Of a DNA stretch of 64,000 bases, positions 38,035-50,439 are shown in pieces. The stretch comes from Camelus ferus (taxonomy: Eukaryota): NCBI RefSeq assembly GCF_009834535.1, contig NC_045697.1:73038001-73102000 (forward strand), in the 5' to 3' direction. The stretch's first letter is position 1; every line of letters starts with the position of its first letter. The translations under genes were made by a program, and so were the position numbers. The notes under the pieces are model-generated. The model saw nothing but the letters and a program-made list of their open reading frames with translations. It had not been told where the DNA came from and searched no databases.

Positions 38035-38105
38035 CCAAGATGCACCTCAAAAGTGAGGAGATATCCAGAATATGGATTGGATCTAATTCTTAAAATCAAA
38101 GATAG
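38035..38105 (+). other. Candidate 71-bp spliced exon (host gene or lncRNA unknown)
   Basis: T16 tract + atccgCAG acceptor and TAG|GTAAGC donor, in non-repeat sequence. Confidence 0.3.
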
Positions 38106-39415
38106 GTAAGCTCCAAGGTTAAAATTGGAAAGCTCAGGAAATCCTAAGTGCAAACAGCACCTTTCAATCAACTGCAAATCATTTCCTGCTCCCTTGTCTC
38201 TGAAATGCAGGATTGCAGCCTCACTGCAATTTTTCTTTCTAAATTAAGAAGCACATTTCAGGTATCTAAGAAGCAGCTGAGTGAAGCAAGGGATTTTAGA
38301 ACTGGATTCCATTCAATTTTGCTACTGGTTTATTTTATCATTACATTTTCACAGGTTGGGGGTGAGAGTTTTAGAATTTAATGAAGGTCATTAAAGGAAG
38401 AAAAATGGCAGCAAAATGGAACTTGATGTTTTAGAGTAAAAAAATAGGAAAATGGAGAAACCATAATATGATGTTAAAATTCTACACTTTTAATTCCTTT
38501 TTCCCAGGATAACTATGAATTACACGTGACAAATAAGATACATTAAAGAGACTGAGCCTTGTAACACAATTGTATTTAACTACAGAACTTTCTGTATTCA
38601 ACCTTATTCAGACCATTAAAAGCTGATGCTTACATGTTTATAGTCTTTAATCATTAGAATTGGGATTTAAATGTAAGAGAAAAGACAAGACCAGGCCCTC
38701 ATGTTAACCTACAGTTAGCTCACAGGAACAGCCGAACCTTCTCCGGAATAAACTACAAAATACATATTTTAGTCTTTTAATAACAGTAGGTTCTGTCATG
38801 ACTAAATTTATTTCTGAAGTGTGTATACCCAGAGTGTGCCTAAAGAAATCCAATCTGCAGAAGGTTTTAGTGACCTCAGACGAAAATGGCTATATTTAGC
38901 TAGGTTAAAAAATCAGACAAAGGAATAATTCCTCCTTAATTCCTCTCATTAGAAGCCGTATCTAGCAGAGACCAAGACCTTTTGTAAAGCTTTCCATCTG
39001 CCCAATTTACCTGTATAGTGATGATGTATGGTAAATGACCTCCATTGAAGGTCAAAGAATAAAGAATCAAAATTAAGATATAATTGAGGGAAAACAAAGA
39101 GAAAAAAAAAGAAACAGAAAACACAAAGTTTTATAGATACCAGGAAACATTAGATAAAGACATGAATCTTGCTATTCTATCCATTAGGGAATTAATGCCA
39201 TTCTGAGATGACATGGATATGCCCCATTTAGTCCACTGTGAGGTTTGAAACCCAACTGTAGTGTCAGAGTTATCCATCCCTTACCCTTGGGTTCCACTGG
39301 TTTTCATTCATTCATGATGTCCAAACATCAGAGAAGAAAATGAACTCCTTTGGGATGTTTGAGAGGAAAATGAAATGTGTCTGTTAACATTGAGGGTTGT
39401 AAGCAGATACTGGCT

Positions 39416-39909
39416 ATGGAAGGCAGACTCTAAGAAGGCCCCAAATGATCCCTGACTCCTCATTGTCACATCCTTAAGTAATCCTTTGCCCTAAGTTAGC
39501 CTGGGTTTGGTGGCTTAATTCCAATGAGTTCATTATAGCAGAAACAATGGGATGTCAATTCAAAGATTAAGTTTTTAAAAAGGTTGTGGCTCCTGTCTTG
39601 GGCAGAATCTGTGCTCTGGGGAAACCAGCTGCCATGATGTGAGGAGCCCTATGGAGATGGCCACAGGGCAGGAGCCGATACTTCCAGACTTCAGCAGGCA
39701 AAGACCTGAGACCTGTGGACAGCCACCTGAGTGGCTGGGGCTGAGACAACTGCAGCCCCAGGTGACACCTTGACTGCAGACTTCTGAAAGACTAAGCCAT
39801 CAACCCCCAACTAAGCCTCAGCAAGATTCTTGACTCACAAGGTAATAAGTGTTGTTTAAATGTGTTAAGTTTGGGGGTAATATGCTAGCCAACAATAGGT
39901 AACTGATAT
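39416..39909 (+). mobile_element. MLT1F-like MaLR solo LTR
   Basis: 'gcagactctaagaaggccccaaatgatccctgactcct...ccagctgccatgatgtgaggagccctatggagatggcca...gacaactgcagcccca...aagtttgggggtaat...taactgata'. Confidence 0.85.
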
Positions 39910-40329
39910 GGCTTCTGCAGATTTTCCACTTAATTTTCCATCCTACCTTTGTTTGGTAAAATATGAGATCTACCTCCATTAATCCACAATTGTTTAAGAA
40001 AATTATTTTATAGTAAAATAAAGATACTGAAATATTGCCTACCCTATAGAATAGCTCATTCATCTCTTAGGTACTAATGTTTTAAATATCTGTTTAAGAC
40101 CTCTGGGAAAAATAATAATTTGTTTCTGAACTCTGGGTCTCATTTTCTTCCTTCTATGTCCATTTAATCCACCATAGAGAAGTCACTGAATTTAACTGTC
40201 AATTAACATATGTTTATTTTTTTAAAGGAGTTTATATATATGTGTATGTATATATAAGAGGTTATAAATGAATGGATAAGTGAAATATAATAATGCGGTT
40301 TTTAACACATAAATGCAGACTATTATAAT

Positions 40330-40500
40330 TAGCATAATGATTATTAACAATTCTCCCCAAAACTTTGTAATGAAGTTAATGTTATTATTCCCATGTTAGT
40401 GATAAGGAAACTGAGACTCAGAGAGGTCACACAGCAATGCCTGGTGCAATAAGGGGGCTCATTCTATTCCTCTCTAAATTCAGAACCCACACCACATCTA
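40330..40500 (-). mobile_element. MIR SINE
   Basis: 'ttattattcccatgttagtgataaggaaactgagactcagagagg'. Confidence 0.75.
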
Positions 40501-40524
40501 ATTTTTTTTTAATTTTGTGAGTAA

Positions 40525-40958
40525 ACATCTGTAAATCAGCTTCTTGAGAGACAGAGCCTGAGACAAGTATTTTGGTGCATGCCTTCCTGGAGTGCTCTCA
40601 GAAGAAACCTACAAAGAAATGAACAGAAGCAGGATGTGGCAGGACAAGAAGCTCAACAAAACTGGGGTTTTCACTAAACTCTAGATCAGCTCCCCTGATC
40701 TCATGCGGAGCTCTTGAAGTAAGTGTCTTGGGGGCTGCAATTTTGCATCCCTGTATCATCTAGACAGTGGCTATTTTATGTCTTCTTTAGAGGGTGCTGA
40801 AGTTCTCAGGCATCTTCTAGTGAGACAGTTTTTGCCAGCCAAAGACAATTTTCTGGAGAAAGGTACAGTTGTACCACATAACTGTCCACACTCACAGCTG
40901 CTGGTGATATATGCATTGGCCCAGCAAAGGGATTTTGGGCAAAGTACCAGCAGGTTCT
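40525..40958 (-). mobile_element. LTR16-like ERVL solo LTR
   Basis: 'cagagcctgagacaagtattttggtgc...ggagtgctctcagaagaaacctacaaag...agcaggatgtggcaggacaagaagct'. Confidence 0.65.
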
Positions 40959-42029
40959 CTCAGATAAGTCTGAGTCAAATCTTGATTTTTTTCTGCTGTC
41001 TCCTATGCATTCATTTCACTTCAGCAACTTATATCTACATTTCCTGAGCCTGTATCAGCCTAAGATCAACCTATGTATCAGATTTTCATTTCAAGCAATG
41101 GTGAATCTAACAAAAGAAACAAGGAAAAATTAAGGAAGCTTTGTATCAGGAGCCACTTCATCATCAACAGGAGTATTTTATAGTTGGTCCTACTTTAACT
41201 TGATGTGACAGTTGCCAGTCTCTGTGCTTACACCTTCCTACTATCATTTTCCAGTAACTGACATGCAGAATTATGCCATGTCTTGTACTTGTTGTACATC
41301 TGATCCATTTTGCTATGAAAGTCCACTTGTGTCTTGCTGTCTGGATCTTCACTGAATGTTTACCCTGACTTTTTGGATTCTGCCTAGCACTTACCTACTT
41401 GTGCTTACATCTTTTTTGAATGATTTCTTCGGTTAGGAGCTCATATTTCTCTGTGCACAATTAGGTATTATTTTCAGTCCCAGAGACATTACCCAGTCCT
41501 TTGGATCTGCTGAACTCTAGGCCCATGCTCCCCAGGTCCTACAGCCAGTTGCTCCCAGTGATGACAGTAGCTTTCTTTTCAGAAGCCCCATTATGGTGGC
41601 CTCCCTGTGGAGAGGGCACTAATTTATAATTACAGATAGCTATAAAATATTCAGAAATGTAGAGCATTTAATTATACAGAGAAAGGTGATCCTACAATTT
41701 TAAACCCTTGGAAATTCTTTACTTGCCCATTGCAACCCCCATAAATGTCCATAAGACCACACTCTGCAAATTAGAAAGTGAGAAACTACCCCTCGAGACA
41801 GCTGAGGTCTGGGTGAACCACAAGGAAATGCCTTCACCTGAAATCCAAATAATCAAGGTAAAAAGGCAGGGAACTCTGGTGAGCTTTATTCTACCTCGAT
41901 GAGACCTAGAGGATCATGGATTTCATAAAAATAAATCTTTCACTTTTTAAAATTCTACACTAAGTGCACTGATGTCACTTATAATTACAAAATTCATTTG
42001 TAAATCTGCATTTGGATTTCCTGATAGAG

Positions 42030-42059
42030 AATAATAATAATAATAACAGCAGCAAAAGA

Positions 42060-42112
<53 letters not shown>

Positions 42113-42273
42113 AGGAAGAGAAAGAAAAAGCAGCAGCAGCAGCAGCTGTCACTGTCACCACCACTAGCTGTGAATCGTCTCTTGGAATACTTGACCAAAA
42201 AATAAAGAATGAAAAACAAGGACAACAATAATAATGAATAGTAGTAGTAATTGTAATGATAATAATAAAAATA

Positions 42274-42345
<72 letters not shown>
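42030..42345. repeat. Compound trinucleotide block: (AAT)5, (AAT)16, (CAG)5, (TAG)n, (AAT)23
   Basis: (AAT)16 at 42063-42110, (CAG)5 at 42131-42145, (AAT)23 at 42274-42342. Confidence 0.95.
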
Positions 42346-42622
42346 CAGTAAATCCCACAGCATCCAGACTTCTCTGGTGAAATATTTCATCCTGAGCTGC
42401 TAGCACACTTCTACGCGAGAAGAGCTTAAGTGTCAGACATATTGGGGACACACATACAAAAAATTCATGAGATATTTTTCTTGTAATTATTGGGCTTAGA
42501 ATTTAGTAAGGAGAGGTGAAACATGACTAATATTGCCTGTGATAAAGTGTTACGTTTGATATATTATGCCCCCACAGAGGAACCAGACAAAAAGCATGAA
42601 GACAAGAATTCTACATGTGTCA

Positions 42623-42783
42623 GGAGGGAGGGTATAGCTCAATGGTAGAGTGCCTGCTTAGCATGCGTGAGGTCCTGGGTTCAGTCCCCAGTACCGTTAA
42701 AGTAAATAAATAAATAAGCCTAATTACCCCCTCAATAAATGATAAATAAATAAAATTTTTTTAAAGTAAAAAAATTTATAAAA
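42623..42783 (+). mobile_element. Camelid tRNA-derived SINE (Vic-1-like) with perfect 19-bp TSD
   Basis: 'gggagggtatagctcaatggtagagtgcctgcttagcatgcgtgaggtcctgggttcagtccccagtacc' carries A and B boxes. TSD aagaattctacatgtgtca at 42604-42622 and 42784-42802. Confidence 0.95.
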
Positions 42784-43782
42784 AAGAATTCTACATGTGT
42801 CAAGTGAAGAAAGTTTTTATAGAGTGGGCAATTAAAGGTAAATCTTGAAAAACTTCTTTCTCCCTGTCCTCCCCATTTTTGATTAAGTAATTAAGAATTA
42901 CTACCATTACCATTCTCTGTTGATTTGGGGAAGAAGAAATACACATAAGTTAGCTCTAGGGGTGAAGGAAAACAGAAGGTAGGGCATGGCTCTGGGTCAG
43001 CATGGAAGTGGTGGTGATGTTTGAGGTGATGGACCAAAATACAGAAGCTTTGAGAAAAGAGAGTATCGTACATCAGAGGAGGCTTCAAAATGAGCGCTTT
43101 CACTGCACTGGCAGGATTATTGCCTGAAAGCAGACAAATTATACCTAGAGTTACTAGTTCTGAAAAAAGAAGTACAATTAGCATCAAAAATCACAAAATT
43201 ATTTTTCCTTTTAAAGTTGTTAAAAAAATGTATTATTTTGCCTAATGCATGTAAGAAACTAGCCCATTACTGTATGTATAGGTTTTTTAGAAAGCTGAAT
43301 GAACACTTTCATTAGACAGATAAAATCTCCTGTGTTCATGGGGCTTACTCTCTGGTAAGGGAGACAATTTAAAATTATCCAGTATACACTCTTCCAGGTA
43401 CATACCTATATGAGTTGTCCTTTGACATATGACTTGTGCTTTAACTCATCAAGAATATCTTAACGGAGATCATACCACATACTAGAGCTGCTAGATTCTA
43501 GGGGGAAATAAGAAGGAATCAGAAATAGATTCCACTCTGTAGGAAATACCAGTCCAGTTGGAGCCATAGGGCATATAATTAATAATTCAAAATGTGGAAA
43601 AGGTAAGAGCCATCAGAATATAGATTATACTACAGGATTCCTGAGGAGAAAAGGATGACATTTTAGTAGAAGAAATAAATACATGCTGATGGAGAAATTG
43701 ACAAACCATCTAAATCTGAATAAAGTTCATAGTGTGGATACGTGCACAAGGGCAGAGTGGAAAGTGTGAATGAATAAGGCAG

Positions 43783-44169
43783 CGTATTAGTTTGCTGGGG
43801 CTTCTGTAACAAGTACCACAGATTAAGGAGCTTAAACAATACCAATTTATTTTCTAAAGGTTCTGAAGGCTAGAATTCTGAGATAACAATGTTGACAGGG
43901 TGGGTTCCTTCAGAGGGCCATGAAGAAAGGATTTGTTTCGGGGCTCTCTCCTTGACTTATGTGGTTGTCCTCCCCCTGGATGTGTCAGTGTCTGAATTTT
44001 CTCTTCTTTCTAAGATCCCAGTTGTATTGGATTAGGGTTCACCCTAATGACCTCATTTTAACTGAATGATCTCTGTCATTACCTTATCTCTAAATATGGT
44101 CACAGTTTTAGGTAATGGAGTTAGGACTTCAACGTACATTTTTTGGGGAAAACAATTGAGCCCATAACA
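43783..44169 (-). mobile_element. MLT1A/B-like MaLR solo LTR
   Basis: 'cgtattagtttgctggggcttctgtaacaagtaccacag...attagggttcaccctaatgacctcattttaact...gagcccataaca'; 5-bp TSD ggcag/ggcaa; sits within L2 remnants. Confidence 0.9.
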
Positions 44170-44379
44170 GGCAATGAGGTGAAGAATTATGGGATATATA
44201 AAGAGAATGGTGAATTTTAGCTTGACTAAAACATAACTGCATAAACTAACATAGAAATCAGGCTGGACAAAGACTGAAGCCGGATTGTACAGGATCTTGA
44301 ATATCAATCTAGAAAGTTTGGACTTAACTCCTCAAGCATTAGGGAACTAGAAATGAATCTGAGCAGGGGAGTAACATAA

Positions 44380-44590
44380 TAAATATTTATCGCATGTTTA
44401 CAGTGTGCCAGGCATCATGCTAAGTGTTTTACCATAACATTTTATTATCTCTCATTTTTATGTTTGCAATGATACTTTAACCAGGTTTTATTAGTTTTGT
44501 TTTACAGAGTAGTAAACTAGGTTAAAAAAAGTTATTATAGCTAGTGAATATTAGAGCAGGGAAACTTAAGTCTTCAAAAATCTGGCATCA
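44380..44590 (-). mobile_element. MIR SINE
   Basis: 'tttacagtgtgccaggcatcatgctaagtgttttac...gtttacagagtagtaaactagg'. Confidence 0.75.
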
Positions 44591-44594
44591 CATT

Positions 44595-45600
44595 CAGTGT
44601 ATTTTTAAGCTCAGATCTTGTAGTTTTCATCTCTAAAATTTCAATTAGTGTTTTTTGTTTTTCAATATATCATCAGTGTCTCTGCTTCAATTTTGAAAAT
44701 AAGGGATAGAGCCATTACTTTTTTATGTCCTTGGCCTATAAGTCTCATGTCTGTCAGTTCTGGGTCAGTTTCAAGTAATTGGTTTGTCTCCTTCTCATTG
44801 CTCATATTTTCCTGCTTCTTTGTGTGCCTGGTAATTTTTAATTGGATACTAGGCATTTCAAGTTTTACCTTGTAGTGTTCTGGATGTATTTTTATAAGGA
44901 TTCTTGACCTTTGTTCTGGGATGTATTCAAATTCCTTAGAAATGTTTTGATCCTTTTTTGAGTCTTGCTTTTAAGATTTGTTAGGTGAGAGTGGAGCAGG
45001 GCTCAGACTAGGCCTGATTATTCCCCATTTCTAAGGCAAGACCCTCTCTGCACTCTACTCCATGCTCTGTATAGCTTGAGATTTTCCAATCTGGCTCGTG
45101 GCAACGGGCACTATTCTCCCAGGTGTGAACTGGGCACAATTGCCTCTAATCCTTTCCAGTGATTCTTTCCCTCACCTCAGATATTTCCTCAAATGTACAT
45201 ACTGATCAGTGCATTGCTGACTACTCAAGGGGTCCGTCTGCAGAAGTCTGGATTTCTCTCTTGTGTAGCTCTCTCCTCTCCAGCATCTGTCCTGAAAATC
45301 CAGGCACTTTGATCTACTTAGACTTGCAGGTCCATCTCCTCAGCGTGGTCTGCTCTGGGCTCCACCCCATCTCATCCTTCTTGTGTCATGGCCTGGAGAC
45401 TCTCCAAGTCATGGGGCTGAGACATTTGTAGATCTCACTTCATTTGCTTCTAATTGCTCAAGGATCATCCTCCTTCATTTTCTGATGTTCACGCTCTTGC
45501 TAACCGTTGTTTACTTATTTTGTATGGAGTTTATCTGTTTCAGATGGAAAGGTGAATTTGATCCCTTTCATTCAATTTTGATCTGAAGCAACATCAGCCT
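44595..45600 (-). mobile_element. Old L1M 5' UTR / ORF1-start fragment
   Basis: 'ctgtcagttctgggtcagtttc...ttttcctgcttctttgtgtgcctggtaattttta'; the minus-strand ORF reads like an L1 ORF1 start (TKKQENMS..KETNQLLETDPELT). Confidence 0.8.
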
Positions 45601-45699
45601 AGGTATCCTTATTTTAAAATGTTGCTTTCCACATGCCTTTCAGGATGTAGGGTAGAAGAGTAAAGTGAGCAGTAAAGTCTTAAAATTAAAACATATTTA

Positions 45700-46282
45700 G
45701 ACACATGCACCCCAATGTTCATAGCAGCACTGTATACAACAGCCAAGACATGGAAGCAACCTAAATGTCCATCGACAGATGACTCGATAAAGATGTGGTA
45801 TATTTATACAATGGAATACTACTCAGCTATAAAAAATAAAATAATGCCTTTTGCAGCAACATGGATGGACCTAGAGATCATCATTCTAAGTGGAATAAGC
45901 CAGAAGAAGAAAGAAAAATACCATATGATATCACTCATATGTGGAATCTAAAAAAAAAAGGAAAACAAGGACACTATGAACTCATCTACAAAACAGAAAC
46001 AGACTTGCAGACGTAGTAAACAATCTTATGGTTACCTGGAAAGCGGGTGGGAAGGGATAAATTTGGGAGTTTGAGATTTACAAATGTTAGCCACTATGTA
46101 TAAAAATAGATTTTAAAAAGTTTCTGCTGTATAGCGCAGGGAACTATGTTCAATATCTTGTAATAACCTTTAATGAAAAAGAATATGAAAATGAATATAT
46201 GTACGTATATGCATGACTGGAACATTGTGCTGCACACCAGAAACTGACACATTGTAATTGACTGTACTTCAATTAAAAAAAA
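45700..46282 (+). mobile_element. Young 5'-truncated L1: ORF2 C-terminus + 3' UTR + A tail
   Basis: ORF 45715-45951 MFIAALYTTAKTWKQPKCPS...YYSAIK...FAATWMDLE is the L1 ORF2 C-terminus; near-TSD aaaa(c/a)atattta. Confidence 0.95.
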
Positions 46283-46930
46283 TATTTAAGGCAAATCACC
46301 AATGTAAATGTGTGTTACTGTGACAAAGGTGGAGCAAATAAGGAAGACAGTCTTACCTGCTCTCTTCTTCCTGGAGGAATTAGATGAATTACTATTGTTG
46401 CTGAACAGTGAGACATCTAGGACCCTGGGAATCCCACTCTGCTCCAGAACTAGTTTTTCAAGGAGGAACCTTCTATCCTTCCTTTCTTCTTCCTTTTATT
46501 CCTTATCTGAGCATGGGTTAATCTGACAGTCATGCCATCCTCAGCTTCTTTCTTTTCCTTGTAATGAAAACACCACTCTAAATGAGTAGGGCATCCAATA
46601 TTACTTTAGTTGCCATTTAATAATAATTTCCTATTGTCACTTCGTGTTGCTAATGTGCTGAAATGAATTTCAATACCCCTTCCATATCTACTAGAAGCCC
46701 ATTTATGAATACAATTCTAACTAAGAGCAATATCATAGAAATTTGGTGAGCATTTCTTTAACATACTAGAATAGAATTCATGGACACAGTCCTTAAGAAT
46801 GATGTGTAATCTATCTTTCAAAAGTTAAATCATAGTTTCAATATATTAGGGAGTCTTGGTTTTTAAAATATAATTTCAAAATTTGATTTTAAATAGTGAT
46901 TTTTATTTGAGCTCTCACTTTGAGGAAATA

Positions 46931-47279
46931 CAGTAGTCTCTCGGTACCTGTGGAGGATTGATTCCAAGACCCTCTCTGGATACTAAGATCCCCAGATGCT
47001 CAAGTCCCTTATATAAAATGACATAGTATTTGCATGTAATATACACACATCCTCCCATATGATTTAAATCATTTCTAGATTATTTATTATACCTAATACA
47101 ATGTAAGTGCTATGTAAATAGTTGTAAATACAATGTAAGTGCTATATGACTATTTTTCAGCCCAGGACAAATCCAAATTTTGCTTTTTGGAACTCCCTGG
47201 AAATTTTTTTGAGTATTTTCAATTTGTGGTTGGTTGAATCTGTGGATGCTGAACCCAGCCCACACAGGGAGCTGACTTC
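46931..47279. mobile_element. MER2/MER2B (TcMar-Tigger) MITE
   Basis: TA + 'cagtagtctctcggtacctgtggaggattgattccaagaccc...gatgctcaagtcccttatataaaatg...ttggttgaatctgtggatgctgaaccc'. Confidence 0.9.
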
Positions 47280-50200
47280 ACATGTAGCATTTTGTATTCT
47301 CACATTTCTGGTCTCCATACAGACCTGCTCTCGAATCAGTATGTCCACTGTATTTCTTATTAGTAAGCTTTATGATAAAGGTTAGACACCTCTACAAACT
47401 GTATACTGACCTCACTATTCTGTATAATCTAGAAATCTTCTAATGGGAGGGATTTTTTGAATTATAATTAACATTGGAGACTGGATCTTATTTTGTTTTT
47501 CAATTAAATTGAGTTATATTGAATGAAAACTATATTTTGATCAATCACATAATTGTAATTTCTAACACTTAATATGTAAATCATGTATACAAAGTGGTGT
47601 CAATTTGGTAGCTCAAATATCTGAAGTCTGGGAAAAACACTTTTTTATTTTGAGGGGTTTTTGGTTTCCCCACTCAGAAGACACTAAAGGCAGGATTAAT
47701 TGAATTCTAATATAGACAGTTAATACTATACAACTGATAGATATTGATAGAAATAATATACTTAATATTTATTTGATGTATTTAATATTTATTATATTAA
47801 TAGGTAGGATAGCTTTGATATATATCAATGTTTGAATGATTAAAATGAATAGTCTTTGACTTTCCACACTTTGCAATAATGCTACAACTTCCTTTCACCA
47901 ATAATTTTGGTATGCTCTACTCAATTAAGAGACTTTAATGGAAGTCTTTGGGGCTACTTTCTTAAAAATAGTACATTCTTTTTAAATATTATGAAGAGTT
48001 TCGATATCTTATTTTAGTGTATAAATGCACAACAAAAATCTTGCTCACATAATTGTACCGAAAGTTAAAAAATGATCTTTTTCCTTTAGCTTATTTATGC
48101 TTATATTTCTGGAGGCTAGGTTAATTGTGACATATTGACAAAATAAAAGCTTCACAATTTGTCTAATTCTTTTATTATTGAGCTTTTAAAATGTTAGGCC
48201 ACAGATAAAGGTGTGCTGTAAGAAAGTAATCCCGTGTGTACGTTCCTAAACAGAAAATGAAGCAAATGTACTTTGCTTGCTTATGTTTTTACTCCCTCTC
48301 TGCCTGTCTTCTCTGTCCTTCTTGAAAATGAATGATTGAATAGAACGGCCTCGACATAGGGTCCGTTTCTCTTTGTGCCTTGTTCAATGTGAAGATCCTA
48401 CAGCCTGAAGCAATATCTCCTTTAGAAAACAGGGAATTATTTAGAGAGTGCAGCCATCCTGTGATTGCAAGGGAGGATTCTAGGGTTTTGTAAAGGCAAA
48501 AATAATGCTTTCAAATCCACATAGATGTCATTCAAAGCTGAATGCTAAGTAGAAAAAAATTAAGCAGCCACAACTATTAGATCTTAGGCTGAAAGATGCT
48601 ATAGAAGTTGAAATTTGCATATTCATTACCTAGTTAATAGTCTTTCAAACTAATAAAATATACCACTTAGAAGAATAAAAAAGATTTTGATTTTTTACAC
48701 TTAAATTATTTTATACTTACTAAATAATAAATATGATTTTTATACTTATTAATAATAACTGAGACATTAAGAGAACTGTTAAAATGTTAATATTTTTAAA
48801 AAGTTACAGTGTTATTCATTCATGAATTAAAAAAGCATTGTTTTTTCATTGGCAAACCTTCTTTCTATTAGTCCATGCTTTCATTTCATTAAATCAGATT
48901 TTTGAGATGCTCTATCCAACTTGCAAATTTTGATGTGGCTTTGGTGGTTTATACTATTTCCTTAAGTTAATTGCAAGGTTTCCCAGGACCTAAATATATA
49001 AAAGCATATGACAGTAGCAAAACTAATTTGGCAGATTTGTTTCAAATGGTGTATGTGCTATGGATTTGGGGATCAGGTTTGGCGTATGAGAATTACATGC
49101 TATGACATTCAGTCACAGCCTTAGAATAGCAGGGCTATTCACTTTCATGGTCATGCAGAAAACCAGGCCAGGTCAGGCAAAAGCAAGGAGCTTTAGCACA
49201 GAATTAGAGGGCGATCTGGCTAGCTCTCTAAAGGGAAAAAATTGAAGTGAGGAAAGAGGAATGTTGGGGGGGTTGGGGGGTCGGTAGAAAGAAAAAGTAA
49301 TGAATGAAGGGGTAAAGCACTGTTTTCAAAGAAATCACCCTGGAGATTACTAATTTCTCTAAATATTGATGCTTATGAAAATGAAAGTGCATAATAAATG
49401 ATTCAAAGGATATTTGGAACTCTCAGGCACACATTTTTAATATCAGGTGGGAAGAAAAAGGTAAAATTTTGAGCATGAAAAATATTTTTATTAAAAAAAT
49501 GTGATTCGTCCATGAGGCAGATTTCTTTAAGCTCTCCGAGTTCACTGTACACCCTCAGCAATTTAGTGGGCCCTGCCGCAGAATCATGATAAATCAATGA
49601 GAGGATGTCTTGAGCCACGGGGAATTAGCTGGCTCGCTTATGTATGAGATGATTCACAGCACTTCCACTCGGAAACCTGGAAACCTTTTATGAGACCACA
49701 TGCTTGCTTGTCTGAGACACACCTAAGTCTAGGCAGGGGTAGCTTTAGTAGATTGTGTTAGTTTTCCCTGTGTTTTTTCCGCCTGACTGAAGGAAATTTT
49801 TTTCTAGACAAAACCTCTTTCCTTTTTGGGCAGGGACCTCTAAATTAATTCCTAGGTGTCTGGACCAGACCCAGTACTATAGATTACCATGAATATTATC
49901 AGCTCCAGAACACGCAAGAATTCAAATCTGACTAAGAGAAGGGAGTGGAGGAGGAGGTCTGCTTTTGAAATAATAGATATAACCAGAAATTCTCTGATGG
50001 AATCCACTAAGGGGCAGCTCCCTTGTGATACGCTCACAGTATTTTCTTCAGAGCCTGAAGCCTGTCGCAAGTATTCCCAGATACTATAGCTGTCCCTGTC
50101 ACACTTCAGTCTAACCCATCAGAAATCCTGCCTCAAATTCCAGTATTATGCAGCATCCCACGTACCAGTGGAGGCTGTGAAAGGAAAGTAAATGTGGATC

Positions 50201-50439
50201 TTAGAGGGATTTTAGTATCAAGAGACTGGAAGACTGTTCTCAGAAGCCACAGAAATGCTAAGCTATTATATAAAACCATAGAACCTCTTTCGCTAGATAA
50301 TTTTTATTATTTATTATTATTATTGTTGCTGTTGTTGTTATTTTTTCCTGAAAGAAGCTGAAATCATCCTGCAAGTGAAGAGCTTCAAAGGAAAGACAGT
50401 TACAATTTAAATAAAGAAAACCTAGAAGAGAAGACTTTT

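Noticed and set aside
42061..42451. Poly-I / poly-Y ORFs
   Set aside because: Simple translations of (ATT)n/(TAT)n microsatellites
42625..42700. tRNA-like sequence as a real tRNA gene
   Set aside because: Has a SINE tail and TSDs, and a second diverged copy occurs at 33366-33495; it is a tRNA-derived SINE
45715..45951. ORF as a host gene (also 50800-51012)
   Set aside because: Both are L1 ORF2 C-terminal fragments of 5'-truncated insertions
47095..47146. Direct repeat aatacaatgtaagtgctat
   Set aside because: Internal to the MER2/MER2B element and probably part of its consensus
49266..49284. G7-TT-G6 run as a G-quadruplex
   Set aside because: Does not give four separated G3 tracts with loops; more likely homopolymer slippage
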